A DNA stretch of 64,000 nucleotides, taken from a virus. The stretch is taken from positions 1-64,000 of the IMG/VR virus record IMGVR_UViG_3300017774_005745; one strand, written 5' to 3'. Positions 16,380 to 26,557 of the stretch are shown in pieces. The notes below the pieces were generated by a model. It saw only the letters and a list, made by a program, of their open reading frames with translations, did not search any database and had not been told where the DNA came from. Numbering within the stretch: position 1 is the stretch's first letter; each line of letters begins with the position of its first letter. The translations under genes and the position numbers were made by a program.

Positions 16380-17309
16380 GTGACTGTTCAACTTTCAATC
16401 CTGGTTGCTAACAACGATAGCTTAATCGGGCTGGGTTTCACCCGGATTGAGGTTTGGCAGTCCCTGAATGACGGGGACACCTATGAGGAGCTTACTGCTC
16501 CTGCGGCGCAAGCTGCGTTCATAGAGTCGCTCTCTGCTCAGACGACCTTCCGACAGGGAGGGAAGCTTCTGAAGTTCATCATCAATGGAGGAGCGGAGGT
16601 CTCTGTCTCCTTCAGTTCCTTGGTGGATGTCTGGACTGCCCAGCAAGTCGTAGACAGAATCAATGAAGTGGCTCCTGGTGTTGCTTCTCTGTCTGTAGAT
16701 AAGGTGAAGCTGAGCTCGAATTCTACGGGGCGTGCGTCGAGTGTCGAGGTCACCTACAGCGACGGAGTAGACCTCGGATACCCCATCGTGAAGGTCTTCG
16801 GCAAAGACCCAAGAATCACTCTCGTACCTACTACCCTGTCCTATCTCTACTCCGACGTATCGGGGACGACATTAGCAAGGTACCGTTGGAGGTTCTCAGC
16901 GAACGGTGCTGACCCCATCTCTGAGTACTCTGCATACGTCCTTGGATTTGAAGTACCTCTTATCAACTCGGGGCAACTCTCTGTATGCTCAACGACCTTC
17001 ATCGGTCTTGATGGGCAACCCGTTAAGACGAAGGTGATTGTCGTAGCAGATCAACCACCGACGGCACTCTCAACCTACGCAGTTACAAATCACCAACCCC
17101 TTATCTTCGAGAGTGGAGACGACGGCTTCATTCAATTCACACTCGTACGAGGAGCGAAGGTCCGAGCAGCGATTGAGGGCTCTTCGTTTGTTCGAGAGTT
17201 CGTTGTCCCGAACGCGGCAAGCTTCGACCTACTGACCGTGATGTCTACCTCAACTGATCCCTTCACGGTTCAGACCGTTCCTCCCTACCTCATTCGGAGG
17301 AGCATCTAA
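16380..17309 (+). CDS. virion structural protein
   Basis: GTG start with SD GAGGAGG; beta-rich; contains the LKFIING...VVDRIN...LSSNSTG..SVEV module shared with other structural ORFs. Confidence 0.6.
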   Translation: MTVQLSILVANNDSLIGLGFTRIEVWQSLNDGDTYEELTAPAAQAAFIESLSAQTTFRQGGKLLKFIINGGAEVSVSFSSLVDVWTAQQVVDRINEVAPGVASLSVDKVKLSSNSTGRASSVEVTYSDGVDLGYPIVKVFGKDPRITLVPTTLSYLYSDVSGTTLARYRWRFSANGADPISEYSAYVLGFEVPLINSGQLSVCSTTFIGLDGQPVKTKVIVVADQPPTALSTYAVTNHQPLIFESGDDGFIQFTLVRGAKVRAAIEGSSFVREFVVPNAASFDLLTVMSTSTDPFTVQTVPPYLIRRSI

Positions 17310-18295
17310 TGGCTATCAACGTAGACATCATTGTTAAAGACACACAAGCACCGCCACGGCCTATTGAGGGAGTGGTGGTTAACGTCTATGACTCTACGAC
17401 CTTGGCGCTGGTTGCTTCTGGTCTGTCGGACGCAGACGGCCTCTCTGCTTTTCTTCTTCCAGGTGCGGTGTCTCCTGGAGTGACGTATGAAGTTCGTCTC
17501 TTCAAGGCTGGTGTTCTTTTCTCGAACCCACAGCTAATAGCTGTCCTTGAGCCAGTAACACCACCTCAGACGAATACGTTCGACGTCTCTGGAACCCTTA
17601 CAACGATTCCAGTAGCGACCGACCCTCTTCTCTGCCGATGCACGGGTCAGTTCATCGACTTTAGAGGACAGCCTCTTGCAAACAATCTCCTGAGAGTGAC
17701 TGCTGTTCAGAACGTAGGGTACTTCACGCCTACGAATGTCCCCTCTCCTCAGAACATCCTTTCGGGGTTTCAGGTCCCGAAAGTAATCGATAGCAAGATG
17801 GTCGCATCTCAGACCATTGAGGTAAGGACTGACCTCAACGGTCGTGTGAGCTTCGACCTCATTCGTCTTGGTCAGTTCTATGTCTCGTTTGCAGGCGAAG
17901 AGGATGTTCCGTGGTGTATCTCAGTTCCCGATAGGTCCTCTGCGAATCTCATTGACCTCATCCATCCTGCTCCGGTCAGCGTTACTTGGAATAGCTCAGA
18001 TGCTCCGTACAACGCAGTAAGTGTACTCGTTGGAGCAACTGCGACTGTTCGGTTTGATGCATTGTTCTCTAACCATTACTCGTACTCGACGAATCTTGGA
18101 AACACTCTCCAATTCATCAACTCAGATGATGCGGTTGGAGAAGTCGTCTATGACTCTGGAGTAGGTCAGCTCGTCATCACGGGCATCCAGGCGGGTACGC
18201 TTCAAGTTACTGTTGCTCTTCTGACTGGGTTGGCTCCTTCGAGGATTCCTGCTTACTCGATTACAGTCCTTCCTCTAGTCGTCACCGTTTCATAA
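17309..18295 (+). CDS. virion structural protein with prealbumin/Ig-like beta domains
   Basis: IEGVVVNVYD...SGLSDADG...YEVRL pattern; C-terminal Ig-like segment VVYDSGVGQLVITGIQAGTLQVTV. Confidence 0.55.
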   Translation: MAINVDIIVKDTQAPPRPIEGVVVNVYDSTTLALVASGLSDADGLSAFLLPGAVSPGVTYEVRLFKAGVLFSNPQLIAVLEPVTPPQTNTFDVSGTLTTIPVATDPLLCRCTGQFIDFRGQPLANNLLRVTAVQNVGYFTPTNVPSPQNILSGFQVPKVIDSKMVASQTIEVRTDLNGRVSFDLIRLGQFYVSFAGEEDVPWCISVPDRSSANLIDLIHPAPVSVTWNSSDAPYNAVSVLVGATATVRFDALFSNHYSYSTNLGNTLQFINSDDAVGEVVYDSGVGQLVITGIQAGTLQVTVALLTGLAPSRIPAYSITVLPLVVTVS

Positions 18296-18306
18296 GAGAA
18301 CCACCC

Positions 18307-18768
18307 ATGAAAGAAATGAAATCCCTCCTTCGAGCGGAGGTCTACGTCGAGGACGCTTTCATCGAGTGGCTCCTGTCTCAAGAGGTCAGTTGCCAGAAGG
18401 TCAAGGGACAGTCCAGAGCAGAGGAACGTTACTCTGGGCCGAAGGTTCTCTGGATGCGTGTCATTGTTCGAGCCGCCTTTGACCTGGCCTCGTATAAGAA
18501 CGACAATAGGCTCGCGCTTCGGAAGTACGCAGATAATGCGCATAAGTGGCTTTTCGAAAAGAGCCACCTCTTCAATTCCTTCGAGAACATATGTGCCATG
18601 CTAGGGTTGAATGCGGTTCCCATCCGTAATTGGGCCGCAAAGCTGACGAAGGAAGAAGTGATGAAGATGGAGCATCTCGATAGGAGACCTTTAACGGACT
18701 CCTTTGAGATTCTAGATAGAGGCTCCCGCAGGGGAGTAGTCTCAACGGACTTTGATGAGGAGTTCTGA
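18307..18768 (+). CDS. hypothetical protein (helical, possible DNA-binding)
   Basis: LWMRVIVRAAFD...AHKWLF...SFENICAMLGLN pattern, recalled from phage hypothetical proteins. Confidence 0.6.
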   Translation: MKEMKSLLRAEVYVEDAFIEWLLSQEVSCQKVKGQSRAEERYSGPKVLWMRVIVRAAFDLASYKNDNRLALRKYADNAHKWLFEKSHLFNSFENICAMLGLNAVPIRNWAAKLTKEEVMKMEHLDRRPLTDSFEILDRGSRRGVVSTDFDEEF

Positions 18769-20933
18769 TGGCAGCCGGGTCTACCGCAGACCAAGCATCT
18801 TCCCTTCTAGAGAGGAGGGTTGCTGAGGCGCGTCGACAGGGAGCTCTTTCGACAGAAGCAGAGACCCTGGCTCTATTCGAGAGTATTGCTTTCAACCTCC
18901 TCCTACAACCTCGGTCTGCTCTCCTCTTTGCCTTCCTGGCGAAGAATGGATTGAGGAAGGCCGTCCAAGATGAGCTCACATCCGTCTCAGAGCTTCTGAG
19001 TGTTGTACGAGACCTGAGTAACGTATCCTTCAGCGTCAATTCGACGACCTCTCTACAGAAAGCAAGAGTTGCCCTTCTGCAGATGGAGCAATTGACCCGT
19101 GTGTCCGTCTCTGACCCACAGTTCAAGAAGTTTGATTCATCCGTATCAGAGTTCTTGACGAAGTCACTCGGCAAGAGCCTGAGACGTCCTCATGCGACCT
19201 CCCTCACTCGTCCAGGGTCAGAGGCTGCTGTCGATTTGACTCCCTCCTTTGAGTCTCTGAAGACACTACACAGTGACTTCTTGGATAGGCTCTATGACCT
19301 TGTAGTAGGGGTAGAGAACTTCCTGGAGTCTCCTCTCTCTTCGATTATCGGACTGACGACCGTCGCAAGAGTCCGGGCAGATGTAGATTCGCTCATCAGT
19401 ACAATCGAAGAGACAGGTTCCGCTCCGGCAAATAGAGACATGGCAATTCGTCTCATCACGGACAGAGCTTCTTTGAAAGTCATAGGTGACTTTCCTACTC
19501 TCTCTACGCCCGTCATCGGCCCTTCGTCTCCAAAGGGGTACTCGATTCAGGCGGAGTCAGACCTCACGACTGCGTCTGCCTTGAGCGCGGTAGGTCCTTT
19601 TGTCATGGGGGCGGCTCCCGTTGTTTCCGTAACAGTAAATGGGACGACTGTTGCTCCTACGAACTTTCCTCAGTCTACGTTCGATCTCCAGAACAGAGCC
19701 GTGGTGATTGGTCGTGTACCATTTACATCGGTCACTCTCCCCGCAGATTTCTTTATTAGAGGAACGGTAGATGGAGTCAGTTTCAGTATTCCAATTCCAT
19801 CGGGTATTCATAACGTTGCTTCTATCGCTAGTATCTTTAGCGGAGTAGCTTCCGGTTTTCCAGCTCCAATCTCTACGCTCAGCGCCGACTCCTACGTAGT
19901 TCCTGCATCCAATCTATTACTATTTCACCACCCGACAGCCTCCTCGATTTCAATCACAGAGGCGACAGTAACCACTGCAACGATTTCTCCAGTACCCACT
20001 CCTCCTGCATTGGCTACTTATCCAGTGGTTGTTCCAACTGACCTTTTGAAGGTCTCTGGAGCTGGGCAGTCTGGTTCTACGAGCCCCTCCTTCATTTCAG
20101 ACGGGTTCAAGTATCTCTGTGGAACACTCGTCAATTCATTCGTAACTCAAGACGGTAAGGTGAAGCTTGAGACCCTCTCATCGGCTCTCGGGACATCTCT
20201 CACTGTTGCGGCTCCTGCGGTTCTAGGTATCGCTGGAACGACCTACGCCACCTCAGATTCAATCAGACTGATTGGCTCTGTATTGGGCGTTGCGACAGAC
20301 CCAATCAATCCTATTGGGCTTGTGGATATCGGCGACCAGGTATCGTTCAATAACGTTATTGCTACCCTCGTTGGTATTACTAACGACCGCATGAGGCTAT
20401 CCGCGCAGGTCAGAACCGCGCGTGCCGCGATTACAGTCGAGAGTGCGCTATACCTTGCTTATCAGAATTTCATCGGCGCGCTGAGCGCGTACGTAACGGA
20501 CTTCTCCATCACGAAGTTCGCGTCAGACCTCGCAGCACTGGAGCTCCCTCTTTCAAGTCTTAGAGAGGGAGTCACTCAGTCTCAGAGGAATGAAGTCATC
20601 GACCTCTTGAACACTCTCACTGCGTCACTCTCTTCTTTGCTCATCATCATCGACGCTATTCCTCCGCTAGACCCTAGGAGCGCCTCACAGGAGCGAGAGA
20701 TTGTAGGCGGCATCATCTCGTCTCTTGAAGAGAGGAAGTTCGATAAGGCAGTAGACTTCTTTCTAAGATGCAAGATTCAAGAGGCGCTTGATTCTGATTT
20801 CGAGACGGCCTCTTACGGGGGTTCCTTCTTGAAGGCGTCTGCCGAGTTCGCCAGAGCTGACATCAAGGTCCCCAACAGAGCTCTCGATGAGGAAGTCGAA
20901 GGGATCGCTTCTCAGGAGGAGACCGGACTATGA
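18768..20933 (+). CDS. virion structural protein (helical ends, beta-rich centre)
   Basis: 721-aa ORF coupled to both neighbours within the tail block. Confidence 0.6.
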   Translation: MAAGSTADQASSLLERRVAEARRQGALSTEAETLALFESIAFNLLLQPRSALLFAFLAKNGLRKAVQDELTSVSELLSVVRDLSNVSFSVNSTTSLQKARVALLQMEQLTRVSVSDPQFKKFDSSVSEFLTKSLGKSLRRPHATSLTRPGSEAAVDLTPSFESLKTLHSDFLDRLYDLVVGVENFLESPLSSIIGLTTVARVRADVDSLISTIEETGSAPANRDMAIRLITDRASLKVIGDFPTLSTPVIGPSSPKGYSIQAESDLTTASALSAVGPFVMGAAPVVSVTVNGTTVAPTNFPQSTFDLQNRAVVIGRVPFTSVTLPADFFIRGTVDGVSFSIPIPSGIHNVASIASIFSGVASGFPAPISTLSADSYVVPASNLLLFHHPTASSISITEATVTTATISPVPTPPALATYPVVVPTDLLKVSGAGQSGSTSPSFISDGFKYLCGTLVNSFVTQDGKVKLETLSSALGTSLTVAAPAVLGIAGTTYATSDSIRLIGSVLGVATDPINPIGLVDIGDQVSFNNVIATLVGITNDRMRLSAQVRTARAAITVESALYLAYQNFIGALSAYVTDFSITKFASDLAALELPLSSLREGVTQSQRNEVIDLLNTLTASLSSLLIIIDAIPPLDPRSASQEREIVGGIISSLEERKFDKAVDFFLRCKIQEALDSDFETASYGGSFLKASAEFARADIKVPNRALDEEVEGIASQEETGL

Positions 20934-21256
20934 GCGACCTTAGAAAAGTCCTTCACTCTGCCTACAGCTTCATTAGAAGCGTAGAAGTCAACAAAGCATC
21001 GGCATCCCTGACTCTCGATCACATGATTCAAGAGCAGATATCAACTCTGAAGAAGGGAGAGACGCGTGCTCTGTTGGACGCTAAGGGGGATAGCGTTGGG
21101 AGTAGGATTTCCTATATCGATGCTCTAGAGTCTCTTGAGAAAGAATTGGCAGACGTCGTAAAGGCTGTCAAAGACGCCGGGACGGATGCCGCAAAGCTTC
21201 AGGCTCTTGGTATCTCAGAGACTGACTCCGCTGGGTCCGATGGAGGTACAACATGA
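20930..21256 (+). CDS. hypothetical helical protein
   Basis: ATGA overlaps on both sides. Confidence 0.65.
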   Translation: MSDLRKVLHSAYSFIRSVEVNKASASLTLDHMIQEQISTLKKGETRALLDAKGDSVGSRISYIDALESLEKELADVVKAVKDAGTDAAKLQALGISETDSAGSDGGTT

Positions 21257-21900
21257 AGGACTTTCGAATCGTTCAGGCGAAGACAATCCTGACCATATTC
21301 TCCATCTCTCCCATTCGAGGATTCAATCCTCCGTCTGTTGTTGTATTGGGGTCTAAACTGAACAGTGCATCGGAGTTGCTCTACAACGGCGTTCCTGTAA
21401 CTGAGTTCTTTGTATCATCGGATACGCGGCTGGTCGTTCGTATTCCGCCCTCCCAAGTCGGGAAGGACTTGATTGACTTTCAAGCCTTCTCCAACGTGTC
21501 GATTCTCAATAACAGTGCTTCTGTTGTTCTTGAGCTCTCAAAGCCCTTGAAGCAGATTTCCGGAATCGATCGCCTGGTTCAGGCGTGGATGATGATTTTC
21601 CTCACCACTCCTGGGTCGGACGTCTTCCAGCCATCCAGCGGTGGTGGGGCTCGCTCTATCATTGGGTCTCGTACGGATAGGCGTCACTCGTCTGCCGCTG
21701 CAGACCTGACAGTTGCAATTGATAGGACTGAGAGTGAGATTCTCAGACTACAGTCTTCTCAGAAGAACATCCCTCCTGAAGAGAAACTGCTATCTTCGGA
21801 CCTCGAAACCCTTTCCTTCGACGACACAACTGGTACGTTATCGGCTACTGTGCGTCTTAAGAACTTCGTCAACCAAGCTGCCAACGTATCCTTGAGCTAA
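21253..21900 (+). CDS. baseplate wedge protein, gp25/GpW-like, with N-terminal IPT/TIG-like domain
   Basis: GIDRLVQAWMMIFLTTPGSDVFQPSSGGG and C-terminal TGTLSATVRL; directly upstream of the J-like gene. Confidence 0.72.
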   Translation: MKDFRIVQAKTILTIFSISPIRGFNPPSVVVLGSKLNSASELLYNGVPVTEFFVSSDTRLVVRIPPSQVGKDLIDFQAFSNVSILNNSASVVLELSKPLKQISGIDRLVQAWMMIFLTTPGSDVFQPSSGGGARSIIGSRTDRRHSSAAADLTVAIDRTESEILRLQSSQKNIPPEEKLLSSDLETLSFDDTTGTLSATVRLKNFVNQAANVSLS

Positions 21901-21904
21901 CACC

Positions 21905-24900
21905 ATGGCCACCCAAGAACTGAAGACATTCCTCGAAGACCGTCTTCGTGCGCTAGACCCGACCATTGACTTGGATACAGGGTCCCCTGCCCAGACACAG
22001 TTCATCGAACCGGTCTTGACCTATCTCGGGACAGATCCGTTCGAGACGAACATCGACAGCTTCATCACTGATAGATTTGCTCAGGAGTTCCCCGAGCTCA
22101 TCGCGTCGGACCCCGGTGTCATTCGAGATACCTTCATCAAGCCTCTCATTCTGCTTCTGACTCCGTTCCAACGTGAGACTCAGTCCATCAAGCGGAACCA
22201 GTCTCTGCAGGACCCGTCCATCCTTTCAGATGACGACGCAGACGCTCTTGTCGCCAACGTATTCGATGAGAGAGACCCAGGCTCTTTCTCAACCGGCGTG
22301 GGTCGTCTGTACTTCTCAAATCCAACAAACGTTCAGGTTGAGATTACCTCTCGCTTCTTTACTGCAGAAGGGCTGAGTTTCTTTCCAACGAATCCCGTCT
22401 CCATTACGGCCGAGGAGATGGCATTCAATAGAGCCAACTCTCAGTACTTTCTTGATGTCGCATTGAAGGCGGAGAAGGAAGGGTCGGACTACAACATCGA
22501 TGTCAACGCGCTGTCTGGCGTGGATGGTCTTTTTGGTGTTGTCAGAGTTGGAAATCTCCAGAAGTTCCAGAATGGAGCTCCGAGGATTGACACTCCCTCC
22601 TTCGTTGCGCAGGCAAGACAGGCTCTCAACGAGAGGTCGCTGAATACGCGAAGAGGTGCTACCGCTCGTTTGAACGACGTCTTCCAGACAGAGCTCCGTG
22701 CCATTCAAGTCATTGGCGCAGGAGACCTTGAGATGGAGAGAGACATTCTGATCGCCGACTCTCCTGGCCATCAGTGGATTACAGGTCGAGTAACTATCTG
22801 GCAGAACCTCGCTCTCGTACAAGCAAGAACCATCGATGGTCCCGATTCGGAAGCTCCGAAGGTAGGGGACACTCTCTACTTGTACCTCAGCACAACCGCG
22901 TTCCCCGCACTGCTTCAAACGACTCGACTCGTTCGCCTCTCTGTTTCTGAGGTGTTCATTGGACCACTGGCAAGCAGCTCACCTTACCAGATGACGTACC
23001 TTGTACGGTTCTCTGGTTCTTTCCCGTCTGGTGTTGTAGTAGTGGATGGGACTGGATTTGAGGGTGGGTTTGCGAGACCTGGGAATGTGCAGATCTCCTC
23101 GCTGCCTACCATCGGTGCTTCGAACGTTTCTGTCCCAAGTGGCTCAGTACATGTGTTTGGGCACACTGACTTCTACGTTCGGCCCGTTCTACAGCCAGCC
23201 TCTACTGTCGTATTTAATGGGCTTTCCGACTCTTCCTCCTTTGTTGAGCGTCTGACTCTTCAGACTCTTGGGTTGGGGAGCGAGAAGAACAAGGTCCAAG
23301 ACCTCAGTGCCCCTTCCATTGACTTCGAGGCTGTGGGGATTCTCCCAGGAGACCTCATCAGTATCGAGACGGGCGACGATGTCGGCGTTTACCCAATCAT
23401 GCGAGTGGCTGGGTCTGTTCTCTATCTGACATCTAACCTCTCCAACTCTCAGAGTAACCTGAGATACCGCATCATTCGTTCAATCAAGGTCAATCCTTTT
23501 GAGCCGAAGATTCCAAAGTTCCCATTCGGGAGCCTGCTTGCGAATGACATGCAGACGGTCATCGGCTCCAATGTGTTGCAGCTCCTCACCAATGACATGA
23601 TTGGGTTTGGAGTTGTCGTTGGAGACATCGTTAGAATCAAGACGGGAATTGTTGCTGGTGACTACACCATCACGGGCTTTGATTCGATTCTCGGCGGCCA
23701 GGGTCTTATCGTAGACCGTGCCATCTCGGCGTCTCTCATCAATCTAGAGTATGAGGTGTTCTCTGCTCTTGAGAACGTTGAGCGGCCTTTGGTTCGAGTG
23801 AAGGAATTGCTCCTGCTCGACTCGTCGAATCAGTCTACAGGCATTCAGATCCCTCTCGCCGACCCAGTTGGAGTTGTCCCAACGCGTGCCTTCACCTCCG
23901 CAAGAGTGCGGGCAGGTTCTCAGCGAGTCAGTGGATTTGTTCTTCCAAGCCTCGACTCCACTCTTGTTGCTTACCTATCCGGAGGACCTGTTGCGGCTCC
24001 GTCTGGAGATAGACGCTACTCACTTGGGTTTGACACTCCAATTGGGTGGTACTTCCCCATGCTCTTCGCAGACGGGACTTACTCGGAATTGGACTTTCAC
24101 GGAGATGGGTCGGGCAACGGAGACGCATACGACCCAGCGAGCTACTTCGTCGCTGTCTCTGAGGCCCTAGACGACGCAGAGAACTTCCCTCCCATCGACC
24201 CACGACCTGGAGAGAGCCTCACCATCAAGAACGGCCCTAACCAGGGGAGCTACCTGATTAAGAATGTCCTGAAGTTCAAGCACAGGCTAACGGGCCCGAC
24301 GAGAACGGTCTGGACATACTTCATCAAGATTTACGACCGATTCCCCGTAGACGTTTACGGGGAGCTGTTTAGCTTCTTGAACGACGTTGGAGGTGGTGCG
24401 ACTGTAGTTGAGCTCCCGATTACGGGGTCCACTGCATACCCTACCTTCTTCCAGAACCTGCACAACTCTCTTGGAACGAAGCTGAACTCGGCGCTCACTA
24501 CGCTTGGTATTACGTCAGTTCCGTCTGCTCCGACTCTCCAAACCGCAATCGATTCCATGACGTTCTGTGACTATGAATGGGGAGACCCCGCACGTGGGGT
24601 TCTCCGTACATTCATGCTCTCACCTACTCTTCTTCAACAGAATACGGGTGACTCGAACTCCTCTAAGTTTGAATTCAAGAATGATTCAGGAGAGTCGGTC
24701 ATGTTCCGACCCGACCCGAATCGGTACCGTCAGCAAGAGATTGTTCCGTCTAGGCTCACGGAAGATGCGGATCCGAAAGATCTCCCGCGAGACCTAGACG
24801 TCAGTGGCCTCCTTTCTTATGGAACACAGACTTCTAACTTCACCGTTGGAAGTACTCTCACCGGGGCAACGAGCGGAGCCACCGCGACTATCATCGCAGA

Positions 24901-26557
24901 TGCCGATGCAGGTGCGACTGGTACGCTCACTCTTGCGAACATCGTCGGCGAGTTTGTCTCTGGAGAAATCATCACAGACGCAGGTCTTCCAGGCTCAGCA
25001 ACCACTACCAGCGTTGTTACTCAGGGAATTACCGCGACATTTACCGACCCCGGCCGTATCTCTGTATTCAGTCTCGGCGTTACTGAAGACGACGTCCTCT
25101 CCGTTCACGAAGAGGTCTTCTTCCACGGAACCACGAATGCGAGACAGACGGTCATTCAGACCATTGCAGGCTCTACGCAGGTAACTGCTCCGACCGCCTC
25201 TGGGTCTGTGTTCACGGCAGATATGGTCGGTAATCTCTTCTTCATTGAAGAGGGGGTTGATGCGGGAAGTTACCGAGTAGTGAAGTTCATCGATGGGTCC
25301 AACCTCGTCTTGGACCAGGCGATGACGGAGTCAACTCCAACAGTACTGCTGCAGGGCAACGTCTCTCAGTGGGGTCGCAACGGAGTAAATAACGTCATTC
25401 TCTCCGTCGGTACGGACTTCACTCCGTACATCAACAAGTTCATCACCATGTATGGAGTCCCCTACAAGTATCAGGGCTCCTATCAAATAACCTCTGCCCC
25501 AGTGCTTGGGACGGCAGTCATCTCAAGAATCGGAGACTTCCCAGGGAGTCCTACTCTCAAGACAGAAGCAGATGCGAACTTCCTCATCACGGAGGCTCCT
25601 TCTTCTACTCCTGTTACCGTTCTTAACGGGACAGAGTTGTACGCTGCCCGTCCTATTAGAATGTACGAGTCTGTTGTGAAGGAACACCCCGTAGATTCGA
25701 TCATCTTCAACAACCTCGCAGTATCGAGACTGAACATCCCAAGCGGGGCGGTTCTGACGAAGGGGCTTAAGCAGCCGTTTAGAATCTACAGAAGAGACAT
25801 CCGAAGGGTTACTCCAAGTGAGATGCAGCTCTCTTCACAGGGACCCGTCTCTTACTTCGATACCGAAGTAGTCTCATTCAATCCTCAGGACTCGGCAAAC
25901 CTCGCTCAGGCGTCTTACCTGGAGATGGTACCAGAGACATTCAAGTCTTTTGGTTATCGTCATCGCGTCTCCGATAGAACCTTGACGTACTCGATGAAGG
26001 AAGAGGGCTTCATCGACTTCAGTCCTCAGACTCTCCCAGTCGGAAGCTCAGATAGCACGGAGAACTTCCTCAACCTGGTAGGCTCCTCGATTCAAGTAAC
26101 GTACGAGCAGTCCGACCTCGTTCGTAGAATTCAGGAGTTCTCAAACTCGGGTCAAGATAGGATTAGCTCCGCCAACATTCTGGTGAGGCATTTCCTTCCG
26201 GCGTACATCTCGTATGATGCAGTGTACCTCGGAGGCAGCGCTCCGAGCACCATCGCTGCAGATATTATCAGCTACATCGACAACATCCCAGTCGAAACGG
26301 CAGCTGACGTGTCCGAAGTACAGGATCTTATTGCTAAAAGAGGAGGCAATCCGATCACACCGACATTCGTACAAAGCCTCCTCCATGACTGGGGTCGGCG
26401 TGTGTGGTTGGAGTTCAGCGATAACCAACTCGGGGGATTGGAGACCTTGGTGCCTTACGATGGCACTGCCCGTGTCTCCTTCTTCGTCCCAGGCCCCGAC
26501 GTCTCTGGCCAGGACCCTCTCCCGTCTGGCGAACGAATCAACCTTGTTCGTCAGTAG
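21905..26557 (+). CDS. large baseplate J-like (gp6/gp47-like) wedge protein with repeated beta modules
   Basis: 1550 aa. N-terminal GVIRDTFIKP...GVGRLYF...F...VALKAEKEGSDYNI..NAL is J-like; follows the gp25-like gene. Confidence 0.68.
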   Translation: MATQELKTFLEDRLRALDPTIDLDTGSPAQTQFIEPVLTYLGTDPFETNIDSFITDRFAQEFPELIASDPGVIRDTFIKPLILLLTPFQRETQSIKRNQSLQDPSILSDDDADALVANVFDERDPGSFSTGVGRLYFSNPTNVQVEITSRFFTAEGLSFFPTNPVSITAEEMAFNRANSQYFLDVALKAEKEGSDYNIDVNALSGVDGLFGVVRVGNLQKFQNGAPRIDTPSFVAQARQALNERSLNTRRGATARLNDVFQTELRAIQVIGAGDLEMERDILIADSPGHQWITGRVTIWQNLALVQARTIDGPDSEAPKVGDTLYLYLSTTAFPALLQTTRLVRLSVSEVFIGPLASSSPYQMTYLVRFSGSFPSGVVVVDGTGFEGGFARPGNVQISSLPTIGASNVSVPSGSVHVFGHTDFYVRPVLQPASTVVFNGLSDSSSFVERLTLQTLGLGSEKNKVQDLSAPSIDFEAVGILPGDLISIETGDDVGVYPIMRVAGSVLYLTSNLSNSQSNLRYRIIRSIKVNPFEPKIPKFPFGSLLANDMQTVIGSNVLQLLTNDMIGFGVVVGDIVRIKTGIVAGDYTITGFDSILGGQGLIVDRAISASLINLEYEVFSALENVERPLVRVKELLLLDSSNQSTGIQIPLADPVGVVPTRAFTSARVRAGSQRVSGFVLPSLDSTLVAYLSGGPVAAPSGDRRYSLGFDTPIGWYFPMLFADGTYSELDFHGDGSGNGDAYDPASYFVAVSEALDDAENFPPIDPRPGESLTIKNGPNQGSYLIKNVLKFKHRLTGPTRTVWTYFIKIYDRFPVDVYGELFSFLNDVGGGATVVELPITGSTAYPTFFQNLHNSLGTKLNSALTTLGITSVPSAPTLQTAIDSMTFCDYEWGDPARGVLRTFMLSPTLLQQNTGDSNSSKFEFKNDSGESVMFRPDPNRYRQQEIVPSRLTEDADPKDLPRDLDVSGLLSYGTQTSNFTVGSTLTGATSGATATIIADADAGATGTLTLANIVGEFVSGEIITDAGLPGSATTTSVVTQGITATFTDPGRISVFSLGVTEDDVLSVHEEVFFHGTTNARQTVIQTIAGSTQVTAPTASGSVFTADMVGNLFFIEEGVDAGSYRVVKFIDGSNLVLDQAMTESTPTVLLQGNVSQWGRNGVNNVILSVGTDFTPYINKFITMYGVPYKYQGSYQITSAPVLGTAVISRIGDFPGSPTLKTEADANFLITEAPSSTPVTVLNGTELYAARPIRMYESVVKEHPVDSIIFNNLAVSRLNIPSGAVLTKGLKQPFRIYRRDIRRVTPSEMQLSSQGPVSYFDTEVVSFNPQDSANLAQASYLEMVPETFKSFGYRHRVSDRTLTYSMKEEGFIDFSPQTLPVGSSDSTENFLNLVGSSIQVTYEQSDLVRRIQEFSNSGQDRISSANILVRHFLPAYISYDAVYLGGSAPSTIAADIISYIDNIPVETAADVSEVQDLIAKRGGNPITPTFVQSLLHDWGRRVWLEFSDNQLGGLETLVPYDGTARVSFFVPGPDVSGQDPLPSGERINLVRQ

